Source of the DNA: a virus
Taxonomy: Duplodnaviria; Caudoviricetes
DNA length: 32,616 bases
Reading direction: 5' to 3' (one strand)
Virus record (IMG/VR): IMGVR_UViG_3300037991_000616
Span: 1 to 32,616 of that record
In this document: piece after piece, positions 23,112 through 32,616 of the stretch
Numbering within the stretch: position 1 is the first letter of the stretch
How the letters are laid out: each line of letters starts with the position of its first letter
The notes under the pieces: model-generated
What the model saw: the letters and a program-made list of their open reading frames with translations, nothing else
Databases searched by the model: none
What the model was told of the DNA's origin: nothing
Translations under genes and position numbers: made by a program

Positions 23112-25358
23112 ATGCAAAAGGTTCGCGTTCCATTAACAAACTTCAAATACGGTGAAGTAAGTCCTTCTTTGTATTCAAGAACAGATACAGAGTTATATAA
23201 TCAATCAGCACAAAGAGTAGAAAACTTTTTCCTTCGAGCAGAGGGTGGTGTAATAAAGCGTCCAGCTTTAGAACATATATACAAGTTTGCTGATATAACT
23301 GTTGATGGTACAAAGGTGCAGCAAGCTAGATTGTTGCCATTTATATTTTCTGATGATGAGCAATATATAGTTTCTCTTGAGCATCAAAAAGTAAGAGTAT
23401 TTTTATTAAGTCCTACTACTGGTGCTGTTTCTTTGACTGCTACAATTACTCAGGATGTTAACAGTCAAACATTAAAGTTTGATCATGATTATTTGCATGA
23501 ATATACATTTGCTCAAGCTGGAGATGTAATGTTTATTTGTCATGCTTTGTTTATGCCTCAACAATTAATTAGAACAGGTCTTTCTTCTTTTCAGGTTGAG
23601 CCTTTTGTTTTTGATCAACGATCAGATAATAAAGAAGTTTATCAACCATATTTTAATTTTCAAAAGTCAGGAGTAACTCTTGATCCCTCTGCTACTTCTG
23701 GATCAGGAGTAACACTTACAACAAGTTCTGCTTATTGGGATACATCTTCTCCATCAAAACATATTGGTACAACAATAAGATATAATGGAGCAGAGATAGA
23801 AATAACTGGTGTTACAAGTTCAACAGTAGCAACAGGAGATATACTTGATACGCTTACTGTAAAGTTAGATGTTGCGCCTTTTAGAACTGAACAAGGTTCT
23901 GCAAATGTTGAAGTAACTATGGTTAATCACGGATTAAGTGTTGGTGATTCTATTGTTATAGCTGGATCAGCAACAGTAGGTGGAATTGCTAATACTAATT
24001 TAAATGGTACTCGTTCTGTAGCTTCTATTGTAGATGATGATCATTTTGTTTTTGCTGCTGCTGCTAGTGCTACTGGTTCTGAAGATGGTGGCGGTACTCC
24101 TCAAATTCAAAGCCATGCACCAATAACAACTTGGGATGAGCAGTCTTTTTCTTCGCTTCGAGGTTTTCCTGCTGCTGTTGCATTTCATGAAAACAGATTA
24201 GTCTTTGCTGGAACTGTTGCTCAACCAGACGCAATATTTATGAGCAAGAGTGGCAAGTATTATAACTTTGATGTGGGTACTGCTGCTGACAATGATTCAA
24301 TACAAGTAACTGCAAGTATTGGTGAGATAAACCAAATACGCCATGTAATATCTAATAGAGATTTACAAGTCTTTACTGCATCTTCTGAAATGTATTTACC
24401 TGCATTTCAAAACCAACCAATGACTCCAACTAATGTTCAGGTAAGAAGGCAAACATCTTTTGGATCTGGATTTGAAAGACCAGTTATACTTGATGGGGCA
24501 ACTGTCTTTACTCAAAAAGGTGGAGCAATAGTTAGAGAGTTTTTGTTTAGCGATACTGAAGCTGCTTATGTTGCAAGTCCAATATCTACTGTTTCTTCGC
24601 ATTTAATTAAAACCCCTATTGAGCAAAATGTTTTTAATGGTGCTTTGAATAGATCAGAAAGTTATTTGTTTATTACTAATGCTGATGGAACAATAGCTGT
24701 ATTTAATTCTAATCGTGCAGAAAATAGAGCAGGGTGGACTGAGTTTACTTGTGCTGGAACTTTTGTTTCTACTTGTACGATTGATGATCGAGTGTTTGCT
24801 AATGTTGTTTTTAATTTGGGTGATGGTACTGAAAAGCACGTTCTTTGTGAATTTGTAGCAACCAAGAATACTGATATGTCTACTGTGTTTACTGGATCAT
24901 CTGGTGTATTTGATGTGTCCGCAGATTTCAATAATGGTGCTGTTGTTCAAGTAGTAAATGGTAATAACTATATTGGTCAGTTTACTGTAGCTAGTGGGAA
25001 TGTAGATGTGTCTTCTGTAGATGCTACACTTACCTCTGCCGAAATAGGTTTTGATTTTGATGTTACGTTAACTACAAATCCTATTGATGTTTCTATAGCA
25101 GGTGGCCCACTAACTGGAATACCTAGAGGTGTTACCAGTGTTTTTCTTGATTTAAATAATACATTGTCTGTTAGTGTTAATGGAACTAATTTGATTATAA
25201 GAAATGTTACTGATGATCTTTCTTTGCAGCAGCAAGCTTTTACTGGCAAACATGAATTTAGATTGCTTGGGTACAATGCAGATCCACAAGTAACAATAAC
25301 ACAATCAGCCCCACTACCATTGCAGGTAAATGGGTTAATAGCGGAGTTAGTATTCTAA
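23112..25358 (+). CDS. Tail tubular protein B (nozzle, T7 gp12-like)
   Basis: NFKYGEVSP, GGVIKRP and GFPAAVAFHENRLVFAG; 748 aa. Confidence 0.88.
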   Translation: MQKVRVPLTNFKYGEVSPSLYSRTDTELYNQSAQRVENFFLRAEGGVIKRPALEHIYKFADITVDGTKVQQARLLPFIFSDDEQYIVSLEHQKVRVFLLSPTTGAVSLTATITQDVNSQTLKFDHDYLHEYTFAQAGDVMFICHALFMPQQLIRTGLSSFQVEPFVFDQRSDNKEVYQPYFNFQKSGVTLDPSATSGSGVTLTTSSAYWDTSSPSKHIGTTIRYNGAEIEITGVTSSTVATGDILDTLTVKLDVAPFRTEQGSANVEVTMVNHGLSVGDSIVIAGSATVGGIANTNLNGTRSVASIVDDDHFVFAAAASATGSEDGGGTPQIQSHAPITTWDEQSFSSLRGFPAAVAFHENRLVFAGTVAQPDAIFMSKSGKYYNFDVGTAADNDSIQVTASIGEINQIRHVISNRDLQVFTASSEMYLPAFQNQPMTPTNVQVRRQTSFGSGFERPVILDGATVFTQKGGAIVREFLFSDTEAAYVASPISTVSSHLIKTPIEQNVFNGALNRSESYLFITNADGTIAVFNSNRAENRAGWTEFTCAGTFVSTCTIDDRVFANVVFNLGDGTEKHVLCEFVATKNTDMSTVFTGSSGVFDVSADFNNGAVVQVVNGNNYIGQFTVASGNVDVSSVDATLTSAEIGFDFDVTLTTNPIDVSIAGGPLTGIPRGVTSVFLDLNNTLSVSVNGTNLIIRNVTDDLSLQQQAFTGKHEFRLLGYNADPQVTITQSAPLPLQVNGLIAELVF

Positions 25359-25807
25359 TGGCTGTAAGTTTAATAATGGGAGCTTTATCTGCTTTTTCTT
25401 CTTTAGCGGCTGGTAGAGCAGCTAGAGGGCAAGCAGAGCAACAAGCAGAAGCAAGAGAAATACAAGGCATTGCTGATGAGGCTCAAGCTATAAATAATAT
25501 GGCAATTCGTATTAGAGAGTATGAAAAAGCATTTAAATCTAATGATGCTATTTTTTCTTTTCAAAGTGGTGGCGGTGAAAACATAGGTGTTCAGAGAGCT
25601 TTCTATGATGTTCAAGGTTCTGAACGTCAGGTATTAGTAAAAGATATTGCAACACTAAGTCAGGGTCTTGCGCTTGAAAAAGGTCAAACAAAACTAGCAA
25701 GTCTTATTGAAATTGAACGTGGTAAACAAGCACAACGAGCAGCTATGTTTCAAGCACTTGGTTCACTTGCTGGCGGTTATCAAAAATATAAAATATATGG
25801 TGTTTAA
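25358..25807 (+). CDS. Internal virion protein, T7 gp14-like
   Basis: Ala/Gly/Gln-rich with hydrophobic ends; first gene after the nozzle. Confidence 0.65.
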   Translation: MAVSLIMGALSAFSSLAAGRAARGQAEQQAEAREIQGIADEAQAINNMAIRIREYEKAFKSNDAIFSFQSGGGENIGVQRAFYDVQGSERQVLVKDIATLSQGLALEKGQTKLASLIEIERGKQAQRAAMFQALGSLAGGYQKYKIYGV

Positions 25808-25809
25808 CA

Positions 25810-28800
25810 ATGGCTATTGTACGACAAGAAAGAAGAGCAAGATTACCAAGGATAGGTGTTGTAAATGTTAACACTGGTGCTGATCGAACTTGGCAAACAC
25901 TTGCTTCGACTGTTGATGGAATAGCAAATAATTTAGCTCCTTTTCTAAGATCTCAAGCTGTAGAAAAAGGAACTAATGCAGCTAAAGCTGTAAAGAAACA
26001 AAACCTTATAGAGTTTGATAAAGACGGAAAACCAAAAGCTTTTGCACTACCACCTGATTTTGGATTGGTTTCCCAAGAAGCATATAAAGCAGTTATTGAA
26101 CGTAGATTCGAAGAATCAATGACAGAAGAATTACAGTTAAAATCTTCTGAAATGGTAAATGAAGGTATTAGTTCCTCTGAGTATAATAAAAGATTTGGTG
26201 ACTATTTAAAGGCAATGGATAAAGCTGCCGATGGTAGGTTTGGTGAGTTTATAGCTAATGCAGGTGGAGCTATATTCAGAGAGACACAATTAACATTAGA
26301 ACTTAAAGAACAAGAAGCTGCATTAAAATTAGCTAAGAAAAGATCAGAAGAAAATATTTTCTTTGCACAAAGACTTTTATCCAAATCTGTTGCAATGGCA
26401 AATACACCAGAGTCAGTTAGTGAAATTTTTAATATGGCTGATGCTCTTTCTACAGCTATTGAGGAAGACTTTGCTCTTCGTGGAGACAAAATAGAATTTG
26501 TTAAAAACCAAGATAAACTTGCTTTTTCTAAAGCAGCAGCAATTACAAATTTGCTTTCTGCGTCAACTAAAGGATTACCTGAATCTGAACGATTAAGAAT
26601 AGAAGCTGCATTTACTAATCCTTCTTTAATACCTACAATTAAAGATCCAACTATTAGACAGCGTGTTAAATTTATAAGACAGTTTAGTGAAGGGTTAAAG
26701 TTAGACGAACTAGCTACATCGTTTAAAAACAACTCAGATGCTTTAGATGAAATAGAAACTGCTGAAGGTAATGAATATTTTGATTTAATAGAACCTGATA
26801 TAAATAATTTTATTGCTGGATTTGATGTATCAAGAAATCCATTAGATCTAGATAATTTAATTTCAGGTCTAACAAATTATGAAGATCAAGCTCCACCAGA
26901 AGCAAAAAGTAAAATTAATCAAGTAGCAACAAATGCTATAGGTGATGCTTTTGTAGAAGCATTTACAAACTTAGAATCAGTTCAGAATTTAAGTTCTACA
27001 GAATTAGAAAATTTAAAAAATCAAATTAGTATAGTTGTAAATTTGCAGCAAAAAACTGATGTTGACGGTCAAGAAGATCCTCAAGTCCTTATTGATGAGT
27101 TAAATAAACTTAGACCTTATGCTGGTGTCCTTGCCACAACTAGAAAACTTATTAATTTTGCAGATGAAAAAGCTCAGAAAAATGCTCTTGATAAATTAAT
27201 GGCATTTGTAAATCCAAAAGCAGAGACACAAAAATTAATTGAAGACCAAGATAAGAAAAAACTTGATGCTGAAGAAGCTGCTCAAAAAGCAAAAGCTTTA
27301 GAAGCTTGGAATACATTCATATCTTTGTATGAGGAAGCAGAAGAAAGCGAAAAACCTGAAGAAATGAGAAGGTTGTACTTTGAATACATTGGGCAAAAAA
27401 ATGATGATGACATTCCTCTTATTGCTTTTTTAGAAGGAACTGAACTTAAAAACTTTCAAAAGCTAAGAGCTGTAAATTCTAAAAAAATAAAAAAAGTTAC
27501 AGATAAAAATAAAGAAGATGCAAATAACAAAGCACTAGAAACAGCAACAACAGGTGAAAAAGAAGCAATAAGATTGTTACAAGAAAAACTTCGCAATCCA
27601 AATAATTCTTTAGCAGAAGCTGCTTCATATAGAAATCAAATAAAATCTATAATTAAAACAGCTACTTCAAAACACACACAGGATTATCTTGATAGCCAAT
27701 CATCAAAAGCTGATAGTGAATATAATAAATTTGTAAAGAAAGATACGGCAAGCCAAGATCAAGGTAAAGTAAACGAAGTTGTAGATATTGTTCAAAATAT
27801 AAGAAGTCTTCAAGAAACAGATCAATTAACTGAGCAAGATACAAACAAAGCTATTGCAGATGTAACATCTATATTATCAAGTGTTTCAACTGGTTTAGAT
27901 AAAAAAAGTGAAAGAGATTATCATACAGAAATACTAAATGATTTTGCTCTTTCTATAATTCAACCTTTAATGAATACACTACAAGAAAAAACAGATGGGC
28001 GAGGTGTTTCACCAGTTTTACTTGATCGAGCTGTAAGCATAGCAAACAATAAAAATAAATCTGAATTTGATGAGTTTGTAAAAGACTTAGACAAAGATTC
28101 AGCATTGTATTTAATTAGTAAAGGTTTGTTTGAATCTACAAAAATTACCACAGCTAAATCAGAAATTAGAACACAGACAGGTAGGCTACTTGATTACAAC
28201 AAAGAACAGTTTGCTTTATTTGAAGAAGAAATAGAAATACAAAATGCATTAGATGCTGTTGATCGTCTTCGAAGTTTTGCTACTGACTCTCAGCTTAGAA
28301 CGTATGAAGATGAAGTTTACACAGGACTAGCAGGTTTACCTAAAGGAACTGTAATAGATTATAATAATTCAGCATTGTTTGTAAAACCAAGTGGTCAACT
28401 TACTGAGCTTGGTTTAAAAATATTTGAAGACATGGATAAAGGAATTAGAGTTCCTAATCTTGTTGCAAGTTTAAGTTTGGCTGCACAAACTGGTGCTGAA
28501 GATGGATCGTTTTTATTTTCCTTGTTTGCAAAAGGTTTAACGCAACAACCTGACGGAGTTAATAATAACCTTTGGGTGCAACAAGGACAAAATCAATTAC
28601 CACCAGAAGCAGTAGCACGATTTTCTTCTGCTCTTATATTGTATGATATTGGGGGAACTAGTTCTCCTGACGAAGCATTAAAAGAAATTATTGGTGCAGA
28701 TCAAGCCGCAGGAGAAGGCGGTGTAAAAGCATTTTTAAAGCTTAGATTAGGTGAAGATATAGAAGACTGGATTGCTGATAATTATCCAGAAGCAGACTTT

Positions 28801-29739
28801 CAAAGTAGTCAAGTTTTATTAAATGCTTCTATTGCTTTGGGTAGAAATATTAGTAACGGTTCTGAGCTTCAAACAATATTAAAAGGTTTTATAAACGCTA
28901 CCTATGGTTACGATAATAAAGTCTTAGGTTCTATTGTTAATCCAATGACTGGATTTTTTGAAACAGGTACACTTACTGGATCGGGTGGCAAACCTTTAGT
29001 TAAAGGTGCAAGAAGTAAATATGCTGGTAAAAAAACTCAAGATGCAATGGATGCTGCTGCCTCACAATTAATATTTGAAAACATAAGTGATTTAGAAAGA
29101 CAAAGACGATTTACCACAGATGGATTTACTTCAACTGAAATTGCTGGAAGAACTTTAACAGGCATATATCTTACGCCTCTTCCACCATTTGTAGATAAAT
29201 TTTTATTTGGAGAAGGTGGAGTTGGTGGATCTGTAGTTGATGAATTTGGTCAAAGATATTTCCACGATATTGATTTTAAATACAGAGAATCAACACAACA
29301 ATCAGGTGTGTATTATATAATGTTACCAACTGTAGGTGGTGGTGGGTATGAAAAACTTCAAACCCCTGAAGGTGTTCCTGTTTTAATAGATATTTTTGAA
29401 TATGAAGATAAACCAACAGCGCATCCTAATTTATTATTTTATACCAGAGATTTTTCTAGAGCATTATCGTTAGATCCTAATGGCGGTAAGTTTATGCAAT
29501 TCAAAGGTCTTGCTGGACTAACTGATGAAGATAGAGTTTTAAATACAGATTTAGTTGATACTGCACCAAGAGGTAGTGTTCCATTACTAAGAGCAGAACA
29601 AGCATTAATGTTTATGCGTTTTCCTGAAATGTTAGCAAACCCTATAAATAGGGATATCTTTAAAACACTTGTTGATGAAAAAGTAATTCGTCCACAAGAT
29701 GTTGATTTCTTTTTACCATATTTAGAACGATTTAATTAA
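25810..29739 (+). CDS. Large internal virion protein, T7 gp15-like by position
   Basis: 1309 aa, helical; no catalytic motif recognised. Confidence 0.7.
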   Translation: MAIVRQERRARLPRIGVVNVNTGADRTWQTLASTVDGIANNLAPFLRSQAVEKGTNAAKAVKKQNLIEFDKDGKPKAFALPPDFGLVSQEAYKAVIERRFEESMTEELQLKSSEMVNEGISSSEYNKRFGDYLKAMDKAADGRFGEFIANAGGAIFRETQLTLELKEQEAALKLAKKRSEENIFFAQRLLSKSVAMANTPESVSEIFNMADALSTAIEEDFALRGDKIEFVKNQDKLAFSKAAAITNLLSASTKGLPESERLRIEAAFTNPSLIPTIKDPTIRQRVKFIRQFSEGLKLDELATSFKNNSDALDEIETAEGNEYFDLIEPDINNFIAGFDVSRNPLDLDNLISGLTNYEDQAPPEAKSKINQVATNAIGDAFVEAFTNLESVQNLSSTELENLKNQISIVVNLQQKTDVDGQEDPQVLIDELNKLRPYAGVLATTRKLINFADEKAQKNALDKLMAFVNPKAETQKLIEDQDKKKLDAEEAAQKAKALEAWNTFISLYEEAEESEKPEEMRRLYFEYIGQKNDDDIPLIAFLEGTELKNFQKLRAVNSKKIKKVTDKNKEDANNKALETATTGEKEAIRLLQEKLRNPNNSLAEAASYRNQIKSIIKTATSKHTQDYLDSQSSKADSEYNKFVKKDTASQDQGKVNEVVDIVQNIRSLQETDQLTEQDTNKAIADVTSILSSVSTGLDKKSERDYHTEILNDFALSIIQPLMNTLQEKTDGRGVSPVLLDRAVSIANNKNKSEFDEFVKDLDKDSALYLISKGLFESTKITTAKSEIRTQTGRLLDYNKEQFALFEEEIEIQNALDAVDRLRSFATDSQLRTYEDEVYTGLAGLPKGTVIDYNNSALFVKPSGQLTELGLKIFEDMDKGIRVPNLVASLSLAAQTGAEDGSFLFSLFAKGLTQQPDGVNNNLWVQQGQNQLPPEAVARFSSALILYDIGGTSSPDEALKEIIGADQAAGEGGVKAFLKLRLGEDIEDWIADNYPEADFQSSQVLLNASIALGRNISNGSELQTILKGFINATYGYDNKVLGSIVNPMTGFFETGTLTGSGGKPLVKGARSKYAGKKTQDAMDAAASQLIFENISDLERQRRFTTDGFTSTEIAGRTLTGIYLTPLPPFVDKFLFGEGGVGGSVVDEFGQRYFHDIDFKYRESTQQSGVYYIMLPTVGGGGYEKLQTPEGVPVLIDIFEYEDKPTAHPNLLFYTRDFSRALSLDPNGGKFMQFKGLAGLTDEDRVLNTDLVDTAPRGSVPLLRAEQALMFMRFPEMLANPINRDIFKTLVDEKVIRPQDVDFFLPYLERFN

Positions 29740-32616
29740 TGGCCGATATTAAATTAACACCAAGCTTTCCTACATTTCCTGAAAAAACATTTCCTATTGT
29801 AGAGCCTGAGCCTTCTTTCTTAGAAACTCTTAAAGCAAATACAAAACAAACATTTAGTCCCATGGTTGAAGGGAATAAATTTTATATACAAAAACCTGTT
29901 AAAAGAGATTTAGGTTTTGATGTTATTAAATTTTTAGAAAAAAATAATATCAACCCTAATTCACCAGATGGAAAGTATATACAAAGTTATGGTTTTAATG
30001 AAGAAGCTGCAACTAATGCTCGTGATTATAGATTTGAAATGTCGGAAGCTCAAAGAGTTTTAGAATCAGCAGGATTTGTTAAGAGTGTATTAGCTGATCC
30101 AGTATTAATATCAGAGCTTATTGCTATTGGTGGAACTTATTCTTTAGTAAAAGCTATGGGTAAAAAACAGGCTGCTAAATATTTAGGAAAAGATTTTTTA
30201 AGTCCTGAAGATATTAGACAAATAAAAAAGTATGAAGCAGAAAAAAAATCTGATGTACTAGAACCATTTAATGAACTTGAAACACCTCAACAAATAGAAA
30301 ACGCAAGAAAAGCTGTTGTTGCTACATTAAATGAAACAATGGCAATGAAGGGTTTACGAGTTGCTAATGCTGAAGCTGCGTTCTTCGAGGGGACTTACAA
30401 TACATTTACTTTAGCAAATGATTTAAGTGGAGATACTGAAGCTGATCAGGCTATTCGTGATGCAATGCTAAGACAAATTGTTGCTCAAAGTGTGTCTAGT
30501 GTTCTTGGTTATGGAATTGGTAAAGTTATAGATATACAGCAACCTAAACAAGCAGAGTCTATAGCTAAATCTTTTAGAGAAACTATGGAAAGTTTTGATA
30601 ATTTATCTAAAGGTGTAAACGCTAGACCTCCTGAAAAAGTAGTCACAGAAACACCATTGCCTAGTGTAACAACAGATGATCTTTTGTTTGAAGGTGAGTG
30701 GTGGACTAACTCAATATTTTACAGAGCATTACCAACCCCAGTAAAATCTGTAATGGGTAAAAACAGTGGTGCAACTAAAAATGTAAAACTACGTTTTATG
30801 AGATTAGTAAATGATGGTGGTGTATTATTTAAGTTAAACCAATTAGGAAAAAGTTTTGGTATTTCTGTATTCCAAGAAGCTGGCGCTTTGTCAGGTAGAT
30901 GGGGTAATGTCTACAATCAAATACATGAAATATGGGGAGAGGTTTCTCCGCAAGGCAATTATCAAATTGCTGATATGCAAATTAGTAATACAGTTGCAAA
31001 AATTCAAAAGCTTCGAGGCAGAGAAAACCTTACTTTTGAGGACTTTGGTCAGCATGTTACTGATCTTTACATTCATAACAAAACGCCTACTACCGATGCA
31101 GAAAAAAAAGCTGTTCAAATATTAAAAGATTATTTTGATGAATGGGATAAATTATTAAATGAAGTTGGTTTGCTTGGCGGTACAGCCTCATTAGTAAAAA
31201 GAAAAGCTAATGTAGAAACTAGAATTGGTGAATTAGATAATACTTTTAATGATATTATTATTACCAATAGAGATTTTTTAGAAAAAGAAATTGCTAAAAA
31301 AACAAGTAAAATAGAGCCACTAGAGGTTCAATTTAAAAGTAGAGGTTTAAGCGATAGTCAATTAGCATTTAGAAATTCATTAAGAGAAGAGTTAAATGAA
31401 CTTTCTTCAGCATTAGAGGCATCATATAGAATACAAGATATACCAACTGGTTTAAAATATTTAGATAATATTAAATTAAGTAGTAAACAAAAAGATGCTT
31501 TAACAAATATAGACAAACATCTTAATGAAATGAAAGATAGGCTTGATAATTTAAATGCCTACCTTGATGGCACTGCTGTAGAAAAAGGTTTGAAAGAAAA
31601 CTTTTTTCCAAGATACTTTGATAAAAGGAAGATACTGGCTAATCGAGCAGAGTTCGAACAAAGACTTATTAGACATTACTCTAGGCAACCTACTGTTTGG
31701 GATTGGGATCCTAAAACAAAAAGATATATACAAGTTAAACTTGATACAGACGCAGATGCTGTAGCAAGAAGAGCTAAAAGAACCACTGATGAAATACTTG
31801 AGCTAACTGATGATGATGGTTTTGTAGATGGTTACTTTGGTAAAGGTAGATCAAAACATTTAATGCATCGAAGTTTAGATATACCAAACTCTGAAGTTTC
31901 AGACTTTATGGTTACAGATCTTAAACAAATCCTCATTGCATATAACGAAAAGATTGCACCAAAGTACGCATTTGCAAAACAATTTAGAACTGAAAATGGT
32001 TTACCTGCAACAATAGACGATATTGTATTTACAAACACAAAAGAAATGCGTGGAGCAGGTAGATCTCAAAAAGAAATTGATAGAGTTAATAAAGAGTTTT
32101 ATGGAGCATATGATAGAATAGTAGGCCGAGTTTTAACAAAACCAGATTCAGCTTCGACTAGAGTTGCTCAATGGCTGCAAACAGCTACCCAGTGGACATA
32201 TCTTGGTGGTGCAGGAATTGCTGCTATAGCTGACTTTGCAAACATATTTTTAGATCATCAAATGAAAACTATATTTAAAGGAATAATTTCATTAGCTGAT
32301 GATAACTCTTTAACTCTTCAGAAAAAAGAATTGCAAAAAGCAGGTGATGGTTTTGAACTAGTTGGTGGAAGCTATCACATGAAATTTATGGAAAGTTTAA
32401 GTAACAATCCATTTAGAACAGGTGCTACTGATAGAATCAACGATGCTTTCTATAAGTTTAACTTGCTTGGTCAAATGACTATGACAGCAAAAACATTTGA
32501 AAGTATGTTTAGAACTCACAGTATTATTGAGATGACACAGAAATTAGCTAGAGGAGATTCTCTTACAAAATTTGAAACTCAATTTTTAGCTAGATATAAT
32601 ATTAATAAAAGGATAG
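29739..32616 (+). CDS. Large internal virion protein, T7 gp16-like (missing from ORF track; ends at 903 after the join)
   Basis: TAATG-coupled start MADIKLTPSF...; open to the window end; NFFPRYFD and RSLDIP motifs typical of gp16-like proteins. Confidence 0.85.
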   Translation, partial: MADIKLTPSFPTFPEKTFPIVEPEPSFLETLKANTKQTFSPMVEGNKFYIQKPVKRDLGFDVIKFLEKNNINPNSPDGKYIQSYGFNEEAATNARDYRFEMSEAQRVLESAGFVKSVLADPVLISELIAIGGTYSLVKAMGKKQAAKYLGKDFLSPEDIRQIKKYEAEKKSDVLEPFNELETPQQIENARKAVVATLNETMAMKGLRVANAEAAFFEGTYNTFTLANDLSGDTEADQAIRDAMLRQIVAQSVSSVLGYGIGKVIDIQQPKQAESIAKSFRETMESFDNLSKGVNARPPEKVVTETPLPSVTTDDLLFEGEWWTNSIFYRALPTPVKSVMGKNSGATKNVKLRFMRLVNDGGVLFKLNQLGKSFGISVFQEAGALSGRWGNVYNQIHEIWGEVSPQGNYQIADMQISNTVAKIQKLRGRENLTFEDFGQHVTDLYIHNKTPTTDAEKKAVQILKDYFDEWDKLLNEVGLLGGTASLVKRKANVETRIGELDNTFNDIIITNRDFLEKEIAKKTSKIEPLEVQFKSRGLSDSQLAFRNSLREELNELSSALEASYRIQDIPTGLKYLDNIKLSSKQKDALTNIDKHLNEMKDRLDNLNAYLDGTAVEKGLKENFFPRYFDKRKILANRAEFEQRLIRHYSRQPTVWDWDPKTKRYIQVKLDTDADAVARRAKRTTDEILELTDDDGFVDGYFGKGRSKHLMHRSLDIPNSEVSDFMVTDLKQILIAYNEKIAPKYAFAKQFRTENGLPATIDDIVFTNTKEMRGAGRSQKEIDRVNKEFYGAYDRIVGRVLTKPDSASTRVAQWLQTATQWTYLGGAGIAAIADFANIFLDHQMKTIFKGIISLADDNSLTLQKKELQKAGDGFELVGGSYHMKFMESLSNNPFRTGATDRINDAFYKFNLLGQMTMTAKTFESMFRTHSIIEMTQKLARGDSLTKFETQFLARYNINKRI
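32517..32616. repeat. Terminal direct repeat (assembly overlap, right copy)
   Basis: 99/100 identical to bases 1-100. Confidence 0.97.

Noticed and set aside
25810-32616. Virion RNA polymerase (N4- or crAss-like) that would use hairpin promoters
   Set aside because: No DFDGD/DxDxD-type or T7-type polymerase motifs recognised; size and position fit gp15/gp16 ejection proteins.

Overview
The window is an apparently complete, circularly permuted dsDNA podophage genome of about 32,516 bp. Bases 32517-32616 repeat bases 1-100 with one mismatch, and one large gene runs across the join. The + strand carries a T7/BPP-1/HTVC010P-like virion module: TerS, a block of small basic proteins, TerL, portal, scaffold, capsid, tail tubes, three ejection proteins, two tail fibre genes and a holin/M15-endolysin cassette. 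The - strand (6049-13053) carries a lambdoid-style early/replication module: HTH regulators, Hjc-like resolvase, a DnaA-N/HTH-type replication initiator with an internal iteron pair, YqaJ exonuclease, Sak/Rad52 annealase and an SSB-like protein. I recognise no DNA polymerase, RNA polymerase, primase, helicase, integrase, tRNA, CRISPR array or reverse transcriptase. A marine alphaproteobacterial host is plausible but is inference. The most unusual part is the GC-rich divergence region at about 12.27-14.19 kb. There one orphan ORF sits between three large, highly base-paired non-coding elements with ssDNA-type GNA/GNNA mini-hairpins. Other notable signals are a plasmid-like leader-peptide/antisense arrangement at the rep gene, a 4-copy TGTGCGTTG late-promoter motif, and structured leaders before the SSB-like and capsid genes. 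All family names come from motif recognition and gene order, not database searches.
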